DNA from: Phoronis australis
Taxonomy: Eukaryota; Animalia; Phoronida
DNA: 64,000 nucleotides
Direction: 5' to 3'
Assembly: GCA_002633005.1 (NCBI GenBank)
Contig: NMRA01000537.1
Location: 206,965-270,964 of the forward strand
Within the stretch, counting starts at the first letter, position 1. Every line of letters starts with the position of its first letter. Under the pieces are notes generated by a model, which did not search any database, was not told where the DNA came from, and worked only from the letters and a program-made list of their open reading frames with translations. The position numbers and the translations under genes were made by a program. Below, piece by piece: positions 12,860-26,800 of the stretch.

Positions 12860-14744
12860 GTGTGTATGCGGAAACTAAGTGTATTATTTCCTGTTCACAA
12901 CTCTGATTCATGAAAGTGGCTTAAAACTTAAGACAAAACTTTGGTCTTGTATGAATATGTTGTACAATATGGTGTGGACAGTATGCCATCTGTGGCCAAC
13001 AGATGGCGTGCTGACCAGACTTAAAATTTATGACAGATGGTTTATGATTCATAGGCATTATCACAATAACTGCAGTGATTTTTTCATTCTCAGAAACTTG
13101 CACTTTTGCTCAAGTGAGAATTAATATTTTTCTCAGAAACTGTGTAGAACGTAAGAACCAATGTCTGACTTTTGTGTCTGAGTCACTTTTCATGCGGACC
13201 CTGAGATTTCAGAGCTTGGGGTTCTCGCACTTCTTAACAGTGTATAAAGGGGGCACGTTTGCATGTTCAAAATTCAGATCAAGGCTGTAACTCGGCAGGG
13301 CAATTTTGCCGGGGGGGAGTGCATATTAATGAATATGTTTAGTGCTTTAAAAAATGAAAAATCCTGTGTGACTCAATACCAACACTTCTTAAAGTACCTA
13401 CCTCCCCACTTCACCTTCTGTGGCACGGAAAGGCAGCGCTCGACACTTGGCTCAATGCCAGGTCGCATTAGGCGATTTGCCAAAAATCCCAGGTCGCCAG
13501 ACAAAATCTGAGGTCGCCAGAACTAACAGCAAACTCGTCAACCAAAAAAGGTNTTTAATTTAGTCAGACTTGAACATGTCCATGAAAATCTGTTGTGGTT
13601 CACTTGAGTTTCTCTGAGGTGCCATTTTGAGAAAGTTACGTGAAATTATGCCTATTAATGAACAAAAAGTCCAAGGTACACAAGTCTAACAAATTTAACC
13701 TGGTATCTTCGATCCCATGCTATTTTGCAAGTGTCACGTGCCACGTACGCCATGTGCTTTGCTCAGTCTCACGCTAGCCTTTGCCTAACACGTAACAAAG
13801 TTGAAATATTCCGTGGTTATCACATGCACGGTGACCAAAAAAGTGAAGTTGGAATTCTTCATCATAGTTACTTTAATTCTCATGGGTATTTTTTGATGCA
13901 TCTTATGTGTAGTAGTAGAAAGGGTCACTGATGAAACTAAGTGCCCTTTTAAGTGATAGTTTTAAGTGTATAAAGTATTTTTGACGAGGTGAAAACTCTT
14001 AATCGGTGAGCGGATTTCACCTACCACCCGTTTAAAAAACACGGGACGAATTTATTACACTAACTGATGGAAAGTATTGTAGCCCCTAACCAGTCAACTG
14101 GGGAGCTATGTGTTGCCTAGGATCGAACTTTGACCTTACAAATCAAATGATGTTGAACTTGCTTGCTATTCATTCATGCAGCTAGAGTCTTCTTTTTTAA
14201 AAGAGGTAAAAAAGTTGATACACAAAATGATATTACTAGATTGTTTTTCACTTAAACGGCAAGATAGTGTCACTCAAGTCCTAGATTTTGAATGCACCTC
14301 ATTTGCTCTATTTGTACAAGTTTCATGACGAGGTGACTAGCAGAACTACCCAGTCAGTGAGAAATTTTCAGGTCTATGTGAGGTTAACACACAGGGGTTC
14401 CTGTTGCTGTATTTTGGTGTTTGTCTGTATATAGAGCTAGCTGGCTGCCTGGCCACTGGTTTGTAGTGTAATAAGCACTAATTCCTGTCATCAGACGATG
14501 ATCATTGTCCTCGGCCATTTCGGCACTCCGTAGGTGTGCTGAATAAGTTGATCGGGCGTGGCTACGATGTTTTGTCATCTACTTCTTCCTTGCTACATCA
14601 CCAGCTGCTTGCACGGCTGTGCATGCGCCTGTCAGGGTGTGAAAGCAAATCGATTTGTATTCTTAGGTAATGTTATCTAAATGTTTCAGTTTGGAATCAT
14701 ACACATGTATAATTATGTTTTCTAGAGTTGGCGGTACATTAACA

Positions 14745-14884
14745 ATGTCTCAGTGGGCTGAACTGAAAGAACTTGCTGAGGAAAATAGCCAGTGTCAGAA
14801 AGACATCGTCGACTACTACTCCACTATCAAATTCCCCATAGACATTCGTCATGACCTGGCCCGTTGGATTGAGTCAGCGAATTG
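14745..14884 (+). CDS. STAT: STAT exon 1 (N-domain)
   Basis: MSQWAELKEL...FPIDIRHDLARWIESANW; acceptor ends 14725; donor TG|gtgtgt. Confidence 0.9.
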
Positions 14885-17800
14885 GTGTGTATGCGGAAAA
14901 TAAGTGTATTATTTCCTGTTCACAACTCTGATTCATGAAAGTGGCTTAAAACTTAAGACAAAACTTTGGTCTTGTATGAATATGTTGTCCAATATGGTGT
15001 GGACAGTATGCCATCTGTGGCCAACAGGTGGCGTGCTGACCAGACTTAAAATTTATGACAGATGGTTTATGATTCATAGGCATTATCACAATAACTGCAG
15101 TGATTTTTTTCATTCTCATAAACTTGCACTTTTGCTCAAGTGAGAATTAATATTTTTCTCAGAAACTGTGTAGAACGTAAGAACAAATGTCTGACTTTTG
15201 TGTCTGAGTCACTTTTCATGCGGACTCTGAGATTTCAGAGCCTGGGGTTCTCGCACTTCTTTATAGTGTGTAAAGGGGCACGTTTCCATGTTCAAAAGTC
15301 AGATCAAGGCTGTAACTCAGCAGGGCAATTTTGCCGGCGGGGGGGGGAGTGCATATTACTAATTATGTTTAGTGCTTTAAAAAATGAAAAATCCTGTGTG
15401 ACTCAATACCAACACTTCTTAAAGTACCTACCTCCCCACTCCACCTTCTGTGGCACAGAAAGGCAGCGCTCAACACTTTGGCTCAATCCCAGGTCAACAG
15501 ACGAAATCTGAGGTCGCCAGAACTAACAGCAAACTCGTCAACCAAAAAAGGCTGTGCTGCATGTTGTGCCACACTCCACATATCCGTTCTCCCTGTCAGT
15601 AATACGTACCATTCATTCTGTAAATCAATTACAGCCAACTAAGACAGAATCCAGCCGATCACATACACTGGAGGCGCGTGTTTTACCAATTTTGTCCGAA
15701 CAATTCCTAGTTCCGTCTGTTTATACTTTGTGTTGTAATTTAAGCGCGTTTGATGTGTGCTGGTTGCTGTGGTGGCAAGCGCACTGATTTCATGAAATAA
15801 ACGGATCTAATTGAACGACTGCGAATCGAATGTAAGAAAATGCTGGTAGTTTAAGGTTTTGAAATGAATTTTGGGGTAATTATTGTCCGACTTCGATATT
15901 CGCATTTGCGACTTCGTGGCGTCTTGGAATTTTTCCCAGGTTGCCAAATGCAATGTGAAGATGCATTGGCGACATGCAGGTTCTCAAATCGAGCACTGAA
16001 AGGAAATTAAAATTTTTCATCTGAGATAATCTACAAAGTCGAAACTAATGCAACCGTGCAATAATTTTTAAGGCTGAAGGTGCTTGCCATGATAGGTTTA
16101 CAGAGCAGCCGTACAGTACAGGTCTCAAGTAGTTTTGTCCAATGAGTGATGCCTGGAGGCACGGAAGATGGCTGGGGGGGATTTACTGGCTCTGGCCAGC
16201 TGACATATGATGGGTTTTACGGAACGTCTGGTTGCCTTATCTATATTGTTCTCTGGTTTACAAAGCATTGCCTGGTTGCCTTTCGTCATGGTGAACTATT
16301 TTCAATATGTAGTGCATGGCTGTAAATTGGCTCAGATTTAGTATCCTTTGAAACCCAGCCAGTCTTACACAGTGCCTCGTTGTGCCTTCTTGTAGGATGT
16401 CGTTTTGCTGCAGCGATCCAGATGGCATAGACGTAATGAAGTCCCTCAAACAGCAGTGCGGTTCTCCAACTCTGCAGCAGAATCAGAGTCTGCGAGATCT
16501 CGAGGTATTGTTCATCAGGGCTTGGAATTTTCCGCGGAAATGCGGATTTCCGCTTTTTTCAAATGTTCTGTCCGCGCATTTTATTATATTTCCGCGTTGG
16601 ATTTGATCTAAAATTTCCGCGGCAAATTCCTTTCTTACCGCGGCGTTGCAGACGACGTTCCCTTCGAAAAGCGGAAGTTGCTCTATTCACTGAAGGCGTA
16701 AAATGGTGGACTACGCTAACGTCTCAATAATTTGGGACACAATAGGGTTGAAACATGAATTTTTTTATTTTTATTTTTTCATAAAAGAGAGGTGACGCCA
16801 AATGAATGCTGTATTGTTTGTAAAGATTTATACCATAGCTAACGTCTGACAGTGATTCTGAGAAAATTGGTGTATTCACAATGCTGTTCGAAACATTTGA
16901 AAACGGCCAGCCCAACCGGATTTTGACATAATGACGTGATATTATGATTAGTAGTGACCCAAATGCCAGCCCCTGAGTCGTGAATGTTTTTTATTTACCG
17001 CTGAAAAATGCAAATGGCAGAGTGACAAGTGAACAGCACAATGCCAAATTTTCGTTTGAATATTAAATGCTTTTTTGAAGGGCTTGATTTCTGTATATTC
17101 ACGGTATCATTTCTTTGGATAAATTTCTTCATGCCATCAGAATTTAAATGGGCGCGGGTCAATGTTTGATGTGCAGTGTGAGTGCGATATGACACTTAGT
17201 CTTATACAGTTACAACGTAAAGGCTTCCAATCCAGCTTGTCAGGTTGGTCTAATAGTACTTATCAGTGAACTACACATCTGTTACAGGATCGCTACCCTA
17301 CAAACCAAGAGCTATGTAGTGTCGTAATGGGTCTTCTTGAATGGGAGAAAGGTTATATATCGAGTTATGAGGTAATTGAATACAGGGTGTCGCAAAATGT
17401 ACTCACAATTGAATACAGGGTGTCCCTAAATGTACTCAATAACTTCGTGTGTTGATTATTGACTTAGGAACAAGATTAAATTCATAAGAATATGATCAAA
17501 AAAGGAAATATGTCTTTAATATAAAAATGCGCTATTTCTGATTAACATGGAGACTTTATATAATTGTCTTTGCATGAGCTTAGCGTTGCGAGATTAATTT
17601 TTGCTCTCCAAAATTGAGTCGTTTCTTTGCCATCAACTTGTATACAGAGCACACGACAACTCGTACACCATGCAATAGTTACTTACACTGAGAACCAGTT
17701 TTATCCATTGAATAATGAGCATCAAACTGGTTCTCAAAATCTGGGACCCCTGTAAGAGACTGTTGCCTCTTTCACAGCAAGGCGTAACCACTGCGGTATA

Positions 17801-20800
17801 TAGCAAGCCCCAGATGAAGAGTCTGATCCACGGGAGATGAATTTGAACTCCAGGCATTTGTACTGAAGTGTCTGTACATTTTTAGGACACGCTGTTTTAA
17901 GTCATATCCTACAGATACTAAGTTTGGAACAGACAACTTTGGTTGATCAGAATTTAATCGTAAACAGCTTTTGAATTCATATCAACCATGATATGGTAAT
18001 GATTCATTAGAATTCAATATTAACAATTGTGATTTTTCATGCAACGTTGATCATCAGTTGTGATAATTTATTTGATTATTTATTTATTTATTTATCTTAT
18101 ATGGCAATGATAAGTGATCAAAAGAGGTTTTGCATGAATGGTGCAGACTGATATCGGGATCATTTATCATCAGCTTTATATGAAATCATATCAACCGGGA
18201 GATGTACCACGAAAAGTCATCTTTAAGCAAGATTTGACATAATATGCGTCTCTGGCTTAGGGGAGAGTAAATATGAAATTTCTAGTTTTATTTTGGTCTG
18301 CTAATTTTTGTGTGAAGAAAGCCGAATATTATTTCTGATTTTCTGTAATAGCAGTAAATTGTCCTGAATTTGATCCTTCAGGTGTCACTGTTCGTTGAGT
18401 GTTTCCCATATTATCCATCTGCCTTTATCCCTGATTACGGATTTGCTGTATTTTTGTTCAGGTACAGTGTTGGTGCTTTGGAAATTGATTCCCTGCCTAT
18501 ATGCTTTAATTTGATTGGGTAGAGGCGTAATCAACAAAAGGCTAGCACCGGGACACTATCTTGATGTTTAATGTGAGATTTGGAATTGAACTCAGTTGAG
18601 GGCATCAATCTTTCAGAAAATGTTTCCAAACATACAAGACATGGAGAAAATATTGGAGACGTGCCATAGAAAACTGACAACTACGAGCCAAATGGGGGTG
18701 AGTTAACCATTATCATGTTAGCCTGAACTAGTCTCGGCGAGAGTTTCGAAATCAGCATCTAAAAATGCCAATGAACACTAATTTTGCTCTTCATCAAAAC
18801 AGCATTGTTGTGAGTTCCTACAGTTTTTTGAAATATTGTCTTGCTGATGTGTGTGTGTGCGTGTGCGTGTGCGTGTGTGTGTATTTGTCTGCACATGTGA
18901 GTGTCTGTCTGTCTGTCTGTCTGTGTCTATATATATATATGTCTGTGTGTCTGTCTGTGTGTTTGCATCTGCCTGTCTGTCTATCTGTCTGTCAGTCTGT
19001 GTGAACATATCATACTGCAGAACTCAGTCAGGGTTTGTGGCTTTTCACCAAAATTATTGTTACATTTCCATATGAGGAAAGGACAAGAGTGCATGAAAAC
19101 TGTCATTAAATTATTTAATGTTAAGTTACCGTCAAGTCCATACGGTCATCATTCATTTGCAATGTAAACTAACACCAGTGTTTATTACTTATATCTTGTA
19201 CAAAAGCATGTGCAAAAAGTAGTTCACTTCTCACAGTTTGGTCGCTAGAGCCCAGTATTGTGAACCTAGCACCCGCGTTATCGTTGTGATATTCAGTTTT
19301 AGCGGGAGAGATGTCTCTTGCTAGAAGAGGTAATCACTGACAACATGCAGGCTGAGCTGTCTTGTCATCCGCTTCTCTAATCTTTGAAAGTTCAGGAACA
19401 TGGTCTAAAAATACACCTTGTGTGCGGATCGCATCTGTGCAGTAGCTCCCCAAGCGACATCGGTAAAAGAACAAACGAAACATTGTTATAAAGATTATAT
19501 TAGACCACAGTACTTCGATTGTATACTACATTTATTGAAGGCAAGAAATAAAATGAGACCTCAGTAGTAGTTGGACATCATAGTAAAGGTCACAACGTAA
19601 CAAACCATGCAAAGCATAGCAGCAGGGTACTTAATTGGCATACCAGGGGATCAAACAGCCTACCACCAATAGGGCCACAACAGCTAGCCAGAGGGCACAG
19701 CAGGAGACACTAATTGAATAGACAGAATGCTTTACTATAGCCTGTGAATTGAGTCGTTGATTATATTGATAGGGAAGTCTGTTCTAAACCACTAATTCAC
19801 AGGCTGCAGAAAAAAAAAATTATCTAACAATCAATATCGCATCATTTTTAACAAACTCTGCACTAGAGAGGCATCACTGCCGACGTACTAGCTGTGTGTC
19901 TCTGATATGGCAGAAGACTTGCCAGGCCTCTGCTTCTTGAAGTGTCTTAAGACTGAAGAATGAAATTTTATGCTCCTCATAACAACTTTTAGTAGGTAGT
20001 GAAAATTCGTTTTAGCAAACGAACAATGAAAGTATCTGAAAATACCCATGATTGCTACTTATTGAGAAAATTGGCGCAAGTTATTTCCAGGAAATTATGT
20101 GGTAAAGGTTAACGGACTAAGGCTTTATTTGACAATCGTGAAGTGAGATTACAAGACCAAATTTCTGTCTTAAGTCACTTTTCAGAGAGGAGACCCTGAT
20201 CTCTCCTGTTCACGCATGACTTGCGTTTTTGTGGTCAATATGACGCCTCATCTGCACAAGTGTACCAGCAATGGGCAGTAGTCTGATATAATCAAGGCTT
20301 GGAAAATTCCACGGAAACGCAGATTTCCACTTTCTTGAAATGTTTTTTTCGCGTATTTTATTATATTTCTGCGTAAAAAAAATCGGATTTGATATAAAAT
20401 TTCCGCAGCAAATTTCTTTCTTACCGGGCGTTACGGACGACTTTCACCTCGAAAAGCGGAAGTTGCTCTTTATGTTTCGGAGGAATGTAAATTGTCAACA
20501 TTGCCGGTGCATCTGGGATAGCGTGGTGGATTTCTTCAATGGCGTCTCGTGTGATTGTAAACCGCAGTGACAAATACTACGACACTGCAGCCAAAATGTG
20601 AGGTGGGAGTGGACGGACGAGCTAAAAAGACGCAGGCGCACGCTTCTGGAGGTGGCACCGTTTTTTTTAGTCCTCCCGATTTTTGTCGGCAAAAGGGGTC
20701 CACATCGACTATTTCAAAGTTGGGTGCACGCATGTTTTGGGCCGTAAAAATTTTCGCTTTTTTTGTCATTGGTAATTCCAAGCCCTGTATAATGTGCCCA

Positions 20801-23800
20801 CATTTTGAGAACCAGTTCATACTCATTTTTCAATATAACACGTGGAGAATTTCTCCCTTACACTGGTCACCACTAAGATTCCCTTAGCCCCAGACAACGT
20901 TTATGATGCCTATTCAGCGTGTATTGATGTAGATCTGATCTAATGAAGTGGAAAGGTAATAGCTAGCACTGCTGTCTCAACAATGATGGCCGTTATTATA
21001 CCCAAATTGGTTTTCTCTGGCGTTTGCACAGAGTTGCAGCCTGCAACTGTGGAAAGTAGTTTTAACATCATTTGGTACATTTTAAATATTACAAAATGAC
21101 TAAAAAGTTAATTTGTGTTTATCTTGACCAAAGGTCACTTCCCAAAGGAAGATGGTTTTTTAAAACGGGCATGAAATATATGTAAAAATATGTTTCATAC
21201 CGTTTTTCGTTATTTCATTTTTACTACTTGTGTCTACTTCTTTATTGTTTTCTTACCAGGAACGATTTTTATCTTTTTATTTTATTTTCAAACTTGAAAT
21301 ACCAAAACTGTGGTAGATTTTTGATTGCCAACAAAACTTAATTAGTTCTAAAGTTTATTGTGAACCCATTCCTGAACTTTCCAGATTACGGCCACACTAA
21401 ACGTTTCACAGCTAACAAAACTATACATGTTATTAGTTTAATCTTTATTATAACTCAAATCATAAAATCTATACAAAAGTGTAAATATGGTGATATTCAA
21501 ACTGGTGTTTTGGACAATTTTGATTACACGGTCTACATATGAACTATTCTAGCATTTTGTCTGTCATAAAAAATGAAGAATGAGCACAAGTTATATACAA
21601 CCATTTCCTAGTAAAAAATCTGGTTTAATGAGATTGAAAGAATATCACGTTGTCTGTGATCAGCCTTCGTCAATCGACCACAGGATATCAATACGCCATT
21701 ATGTAAAGGCAGAGCTGTGTACTACAGTTTATGGTCGGGTAATTACACTTAGTTGGGTATTTCTCGCACCGGACAATGCGGTCATCACAACTGTATCCGA
21801 CTCCGGTGCTGCGCTCTCTTTGATCCTGGTACAAGCCGCTGAGAAGGACGGGCGGTGAAAATTCCCGCATATCTTTAGAAATGCGTTACTTCCTTGTAAG
21901 CAAATTATTCACGGTATGGAAAACTGGTTCTTAAAATCAGGGCACGATACTTGTGTTCAATGAGTCACCATTGCATCGGGTAATCAGAGTCAGAAATGTT
22001 CATTGTATGTAGGGCTTGGTCAGTATTTAGTCCCGTTCAGACATCAACTTTTGGCCGGCGCAACTGACACGGAGCAAATTGGTCGGTGTCAAGCGTCCAT
22101 TTACACACACAACTCACTAACTGTGGCAGACGGAAATTGTAGGCTGGAGAGTGGATCACACATGCGCAGGTTTACAAATGACGGGAGTTGAAGAGACAGA
22201 GAACCTGTATTTAGGTCATTACAAAGCGCACTAGAGATGATCCTTTCTGCCTTGCCCCAGTTTCGTGTTTAGACATATAATTGACACGGAGCAAAATGTT
22301 CTAGCACAAATTGATCCACCTCACAAACGGGTGGCAAAAATTGTCACGGTAATGACAATTTGCTCCCGTTTACACACACACTTGCGCTGGAACAACTCGT
22401 TCCGTGTCAGCTGATCCGTGTCGACTTTTGTAGACAGTGCAAACGGCACTTATTTTTTAACTGGTTTTGTTTTGGTAGGCACCCTCTGAGCATTTTGAAG
22501 ACCTGTTGTCCATTTGGAAGAATCTTCAGTCTGCTCTGGAAATGTGGCGTAGACACCAGCAGCTTGTTTTCATCACAGAAGAGGAAGTGGTCTCTCTAGA
22601 TTCTCTGCAGCCATCGTGAGTTCTTTAAGAGAGATAATATCCATTTTACCATTTTAAGTTCCTGAAGTATAATCCTATTGAAAAATATGATAGGATTTTT
22701 ACATGTGCACAAAGTTTTGCCTTAAGGAGAGAAAGTGTTGAAATTCTCTTTTAGTTTACGTTTTTGACTTCATAATGTGGAAAAGTAGAAGTTTTGGTAA
22801 TTATTTTATGCTTTCTCACTTTATTGACTGCTTCAATATCGCCATGGTTTTTTGACCAGAGTTAATCCAGGGTTAGACACACCAGTTGACAAACTAGAGG
22901 AGGTATCATTTTGATAACTGGCTTTTTCACCTTGTTTTCATCTAAAAATTTCATTATTTTGCATACTTTCTTGGGGTGGGGAGAAAGTGTGTGTATTGTA
23001 CACATCTTATTTGTGAAGACTGTGATAATTGTGAACCTCTGATCTCCATTTTTATGTCTTCATCCCTGTCTGTCTGTCCGTCTGGCGTCTGGCGCTCTAT
23101 CTTCAAAACCCTTTGATGTATGTTCGTGAAATTTTGCACATAATGTTCCTTTTGTGGATGGGACGGCATGACCAAAGACCGAGGCTCGTACTGATTTTCG
23201 GACCTTTCCAACTACTCTGGCACCCCTTTATGGCAATTTTATTTTTTTGTGTCCACCGCCGTATCTCCTGTTACCATTTGCAAGATCTTTTTGAAATTTT
23301 GCAAATGTGTTCCTATGGAGATGGCAGCAAGTTTGAGAACCATCCAGCTATAGCTGTGCTCCCTAGTGTCAATTTTATTTTTTACTTTTGCCTCTGTAAC
23401 TTCAGAGTTCCTTTATGCTTGTTCATGAAATATGGCGAACAAGTTTCTGTTATGAAGACGACAGCACCTTTGTGATTGATTCGACGTATTCTGCACCAGC
23501 TAATGGCTATTCAAATTATTGTTTTGTTGTCTGCTTCTGTTGCTGCCAACCGTACAGAGTATCATTATGAAAATTGGCAGACGTGTTTCTACTGACAAGA
23601 GCATGACTGGCGTGGATTTTCAAGGGGCTCGAACTATTGTGGTGCCCGCTAGTGACGTTTTTCGCGTCTACGGCTGTATCTCATGAACCTCTTGTAAGAC
23701 GTTTTCGAAATTTTGCAGTTGTATTCCTACTAACTTGACAGCAGATGGACGGATTCGACTACAACAGTGGTTCCTAAGTGGCATTTGTTACGTTTGCCTT

Positions 23801-26800
23801 TAAAGTTTGTATCTTTGATCGAGTTCTTCGATGGATTTTCATGAAATTTGCCAAATAGTTTTGAGAGACAACGACACCGTCCTATTTTTGGATGGGTTCA
23901 TTGTATTCTGTGCCATCTAATGGCCATTTTTTATCATGCAAATAAACACCCCTAGTAACACACCTTTTGTGGTGCAGTCGTGTACGCATTTCAACGCTCT
24001 GCGTTTCTCTTGTGTTATTGTTGTTCATAGAATTCTTTTATTTCAGATTTGATTTACTAGCAACTGTCCTGGCACATTATGCAAAACAACCAGAAACACA
24101 GAAACGCGCCAAAGAACTACTGGAGGAGGTTGTGAAGGAGTGAGTATCTTAGAAGGGTCCATGTGGGAGGGGGGGTCTAAGGTGGTCTCCCTTTCTCTGA
24201 TATTTTCATACCAACTTTAATGTGTTGGCATTTGGTGTGTTGGTAATATGAACAGTTGGTCTTGGATCACAGTCACGAGTGCAAGTTAACTTAGCAGGAA
24301 GTAGGTGGGTTTAACAGCTGCTGACGGCTCAATGTGGTATATGAACCGTTATCTGGGGGGTCATCAGAGTTATATTGTGGTATATGAACCGTTATCCGGG
24401 GGGTCATCAGAGTTATATTGACTTGGGACGCTGTCAATAGTGGCTCATGCTGTGGTATCATTTGATTCAAATAGACACTGTTCGGTCACATGTGAATTCA
24501 AAAGTCAATAATGGAACTCGGATTACTGTTGGGCATATACTTTGAGCTCATTTATAATTATTGGACAGACTCAAAGTAAACATATCGAAATGCGTTTTGC
24601 GACCATGCAGTTTTGACCTCAGCGTTTGAGTCATGTACTACACAACTCTGCTCTTTTCTTGTCGCTATTCCATAAGATGACTCCCTCTTTTGTGTGTTAA
24701 ATATCCAATCATTGAATCCCTGCCATGCCACTTGATTCGTGCGTGACTCAATAGTAATCCGGCTGAGTCTGGTCTGTCACTGACTTCTGAATTCACAATC
24801 ATGTTCACTGTCTGTTTCATCAACAATTGTATTATTCATGCGTGCATTTCAGAACAAGTTAGAATACACGTGTTCTCAAAAGAACACAATCTCTGTCCAT
24901 ACTCTGTCTGGAATATTCACTAGAAATGGGAGATGTTTGTATTGGTGATGGTGTGTGTTTCCATGGTGATGTGATGACAGTTGATAGTGTTGCATCCGTG
25001 GCAGAGCTAGGATGTCACAAGGGGGGGGGCAACCAAACTTTGTAAAGAAACGTGTCGGCATAAGCCCTCAAAACAGCATCCTCGTGGCATTGTTTTTTTC
25101 TGCTTCTGCTTTGTGTTGCGTCCATAAGAGTTGATCGCGTGTGTATATTAAGGTCCGTCAGAGTACCAACTGTTAGGTTACAGTCAGTACTTTTGACTAC
25201 AATGTTAAAGATGTCGGTCCTCTTCCTCCCTTAGGTCATTTATCATAGAGCGTCAGCATCCACAGAACCTGAAGCACATATCGAGTTCAAAGAAGGGTAT
25301 CAAGTTTTCACTCCTTGTGAGGTAAGACGTAATTGTTGTGGTGATGTACTGCCATGTTCTCTGCCAACTATAGCTATATACTAATTGCCGTTTTCTGATG
25401 TAGGGACGATAATGAAATACGACTGTGCTTTAGTGCTAAATGGCATTTAAGAGTTCTTGATGGGCAACGTTCAGTGCCATCTACAGTTCGCGTCCATGCT
25501 ATAAACACTTCCACTAAATAAGATTGGTCCTATCCCCAATGGTCAAGGTAAACGGTGGGGTTTGGAAAATTGAACTAGACCGTATTTATCCACCTTGGCT
25601 GAGTCGTGCTCGGCTCACAATCAAAGGGATGCCGCCAAGCTGCTCTATTCATCGAGTCACGAGCGAGGATAATTGGCTTCGCTCATGCGGATATGATCAG
25701 CTGATTACAGTCTAACAGACTGTACTTTTTTGGAGAGATTTTTACGTAGTTTTAACTGTAGTATTTGAAAAGAGGAGCGAAAACAAATACGAGTACAACT
25801 TTGAATTTTTCAAATCGGCCCAGGATAAGAGATTTTGCAACACAGCAACACTCACGATTACTTTCATTCGGCGCGCACGAATACAAAAATATAGGACCCA
25901 AGTTATTTAGATTTTGGAACACATGCATTGCAATATTCAAAGTACGGTTATTATGAATCTTACAAGCTGCAAAACGACGTTGTTTAGTTTCATTGTGCTT
26001 ATTCATTGTCATCCGTCAAATCGGCAATTTCCGAGATGTGATCTGCGGCGTGCGCGTATGTGTACAAAAGACGTGATTGTTATGTTCCTGAAGTACGAAA
26101 ATTAAGAAACTTTAGCATGCCGTTATTATTGACAGGGACACAATAAAACGATTTTGGATTTTGACTATAGTCTTGATACGGTGAGCTGGCTGACCACTGC
26201 GTCAGTGTCTCCGTTAGACCCAGAAATTTCACACAGCCCGGGTAGTTCACCTCGTCCCCAACATGTAGATCGAGCCTTGGACTATTAAAATACTCCACGG
26301 TAGAGCTAACGACCGTCGGCCTGTGCACACAAAATCTGTGAGTTAACCAGCACTCACCTTGCACGTTGCATATTTACAAAATGGCCACGAATGAAAGAAA
26401 TTGCATTTCGTTCTTGTCAGCTTGCCCATCTTGTTCTCCAGAATTTCAAATTAGGTCAAGTGAAAGTGTCTTTCCTACCTCACAACACTAGAAAGTTTTA
26501 TGTCAGATGCTAACTGCATCAAATGTGAAGATAATACAGAGGTTCGCCACATGCTTGACATAAAAACGACCTAGCAATTTTTGTCGAAACGTCTTGTTTG
26601 TCGCAATGTTGTTGCAAAAGGTACCTTTTATGCATAGAGGGACACCTTAGGTAGCCGCTGATGTCTTCAAACATTCCCACCTCAAACAAATACTCCAGCA
26701 ATCAAACTTTTTTGAACAGTCCATCGTCCAGTTAACCAAAGCGGCCGTTTTTAACTTGCTCGCCTCAGGGGCTATAACATCATATTCCCTGACTTCGATG

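Larger units (their letters stand above)
11522..15551. repeat. ~2 kb near-identical direct duplication joined at a single N (13553), containing STAT coding exon 1 twice
   Basis: 11522-13552 vs 13554-15551 differ by scattered substitutions and small indels; probably an uncollapsed haplotype. Confidence 0.9.

Noticed and set aside
21580-21858. 92-aa ORF in STAT intron 3 as a missing coiled-coil exon
   Set aside because: No heptad or charged-helical character and no convincing phase-0 splice pair.
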